A DNA stretch of 64,000 bases from Lama glama (lineage: Eukaryota), in NCBI GenBank assembly GCA_028534125.1, contig CM052832.1, forward strand, positions 12,154,001 through 12,218,000, given 5' to 3'. Both the position numbers and the translations under genes were made by a program. A model generated the notes under the pieces. The model ran no database searches, was not told the origin of the DNA, and saw only the letters and a program-made list of their open reading frames with translations. The number at the start of each line of letters is the position of its first letter. Position 1 is the first letter of the stretch. This document shows positions 62,256 to 64,000 of this stretch, piece after piece.

Positions 62256-62445
62256 TTCCCATGGAGAATGTTGCAACAATTGCCGATTGTGCCAGTGTGA
62301 TTGAAGGAGTCAGTCGGAGCCGAAATGCCTTGTTGAACGGGGACACCAAGAATTATGACTGGGATTCTGGCTACACATGTCATCAGTTAGGAAGTGGTGC
62401 AATTGTGGTTCAGCTGGCACAGCCATACATGATCGGGTCAATACG
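62256..62445 (+). CDS. BTBD9: BTBD9 internal coding exon, 190 bp (likely orthologue of human exon 8): (V)PMENVATIADCASVIEGVSRSRNALLNGDTKNYDWDSGYTCHQLGSGAIVVQLAQPYMIGSI(R)
   Basis: Acceptor ...ggattcacAG at 62255 and donor CG|GTAAGA at 62446. The last G of the previous exon plus TT gives GTT (Val), so the two exons splice in frame. The peptide is recognisable as the start of the second BTBD9 F5/8 type C domain and is contained in ORF 62168..62449. Confidence 0.97.
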
Positions 62446-63112
62446 GTAAGAAGATTCCTTTTCATTCATTCCTTCTAAAATGGAACACACGTGCAATTAT
62501 GTTTTGATACATTGATGATCCCAGCAACTTCAGTGAAGATACTCTTCTGTTCTTTGCTTTAAATATCAAGAAGGGGGATGGAAAGGGAGGGACAAAAATG
62601 TACAAGGTGCTTGTTTAGATTTTCTGGTGAGGAGATGCACCAAAATTAGACTTGTGGAGGGACTGGATTAGGCTTGTGGAGGGAGAGGACTAGCGCCTCA
62701 CCCTGGATATAGCTTACCTCCTAGTCAAGTCTCACTTTGTATTGGCTAGGGACTTAACAGGATAATGTCAAAAGAGATTATACAGAGTCAAAAATCATTT
62801 TCAGCTTTAATAAATGACTGTATATTAACCAAACAGATCTGAATATGAGACCTGGTTCTAAAAGATCTTTTTAATATTAGTCTTCATGTCTTGGATTTTA
62901 GTTGTTGTTTTCATTATGTTTTGCTTTGTTTTGTTTAATGAAGGGAACTTTAACCCAATATTGCTTGATTTGTATGATCATATAATTGTAAAATGTGAGA
63001 CTGGTGACATCCCCCAGAGGATTTACTTTGGTTCAGGAGAGCCATCTGGGTCTTGAATAGGCTGCCTTTTTTTGTTTTTTAAGGTTCTCAGAAGGTCTCT
63101 GAAAGACTAATG

Positions 63113-63113
<1 letters not shown>

Positions 63114-63150
<37 letters not shown>
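63114..63150. repeat. (TG)~18 microsatellite
   Basis: Directly visible perfect run. Confidence 0.97.
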
Positions 63151-63158
<8 letters not shown>

Positions 63159-64000
63159 GTACATATATATTTTAATGTACATATTTTACATTATATCTTA
63201 GCCTGCCAGCAGTAGACATGTTGGTAAGACATGGCTGCCTTCCCCCATCATGCTCCACCACATTTACTTTATTGTTTCCTGTTCTCACTTTAAAGTGAGT
63301 ATGTGTAAAGAAAAAAATAGCACCAAAAAATAAAGTAGTAGGATTCTAATAGACAAAGGTTTACTGATGTTAGGCTAATAACTACAGAGGTTAATGCTGC
63401 CTGTCGGTTCCCTGGGTACCCTGACAGGTGATGCTGGATTTCTTGGAGAATTCAGACTTTGGATTTCTTTATTTAAATTGTCAGTCTGTTTTCATAAAGG
63501 GCCACATACAGGCTGAGTACCACAGGCAACTAATCACAGATAGAGAAGCTTGAGTTCATACTGCAGGCCAGACAACTCACTTTGTGCTTAGGAAGGGAGA
63601 GGAGACAGGCCACAATCAGTCTGGACAAACTACCAGTGCAAACAAACTTCCGTCAGATAGCAAACAACACCCGCTCCTTGCTTTTTCTCAGCTGTGTGCA
63701 TTAACCAAAGTAATTATAAGCTATCTATGTAATAAGCCATTCTAGAATTTTTGTCATAAATGGTGTGAAACTTCTCTGAATACTTCCCATTATAGTCTTT
63801 TTCTCTTCACTTTGAAAATCTGGAAAACAGTTGTCCTCCTCTTGTCTTATAGTCTCCACAATTTCTTGAAGTTTACCAGTCGTGTCTCTGAGATTACATC
63901 TGCAATTTCTTTCAGCAGGCTTGGTGTGTAACTCATCTAAGCAGGAGACTTGAAATCATTTAAATTGACTAGATACTCTCTTTCACTTCACCTATTTGGG

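Overview
AT-rich mammalian genomic DNA lying entirely inside the BTBD9 gene (+ strand). A tRNA-Ala-derived Vic-1-type SINE suggests a camelid genome. Only two coding exons are visible: a 110-bp exon at 29584-29693 and a 190-bp exon at 62256-62445. They are joined in frame across a 32.6-kb GT-AG intron and encode the end of the first and the start of the second F5/8-type-C (discoidin-like) domain. The rest is intronic: fossil LINEs (L1, HAL1-like, L2, CR1), MIRs, MaLR/ERVL solo LTRs, hAT MITEs, microsatellites and stretches of apparently unique sequence. Repeat family names come from recalled consensus sequences and need RepeatMasker/Dfam confirmation. I found no convincing novel biological system. 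The best leads are an unexplained 130-codon protein-like antisense frame at 13407-13799 that overlaps a possible cryptic terminal exon, a GC-box/G-quadruplex patch at about 44.2 kb, an AG|GT recursive-splicing-type exon start, a local duplication of an L2 fragment, and a multilayer transposon nest at 39.5-43 kb.
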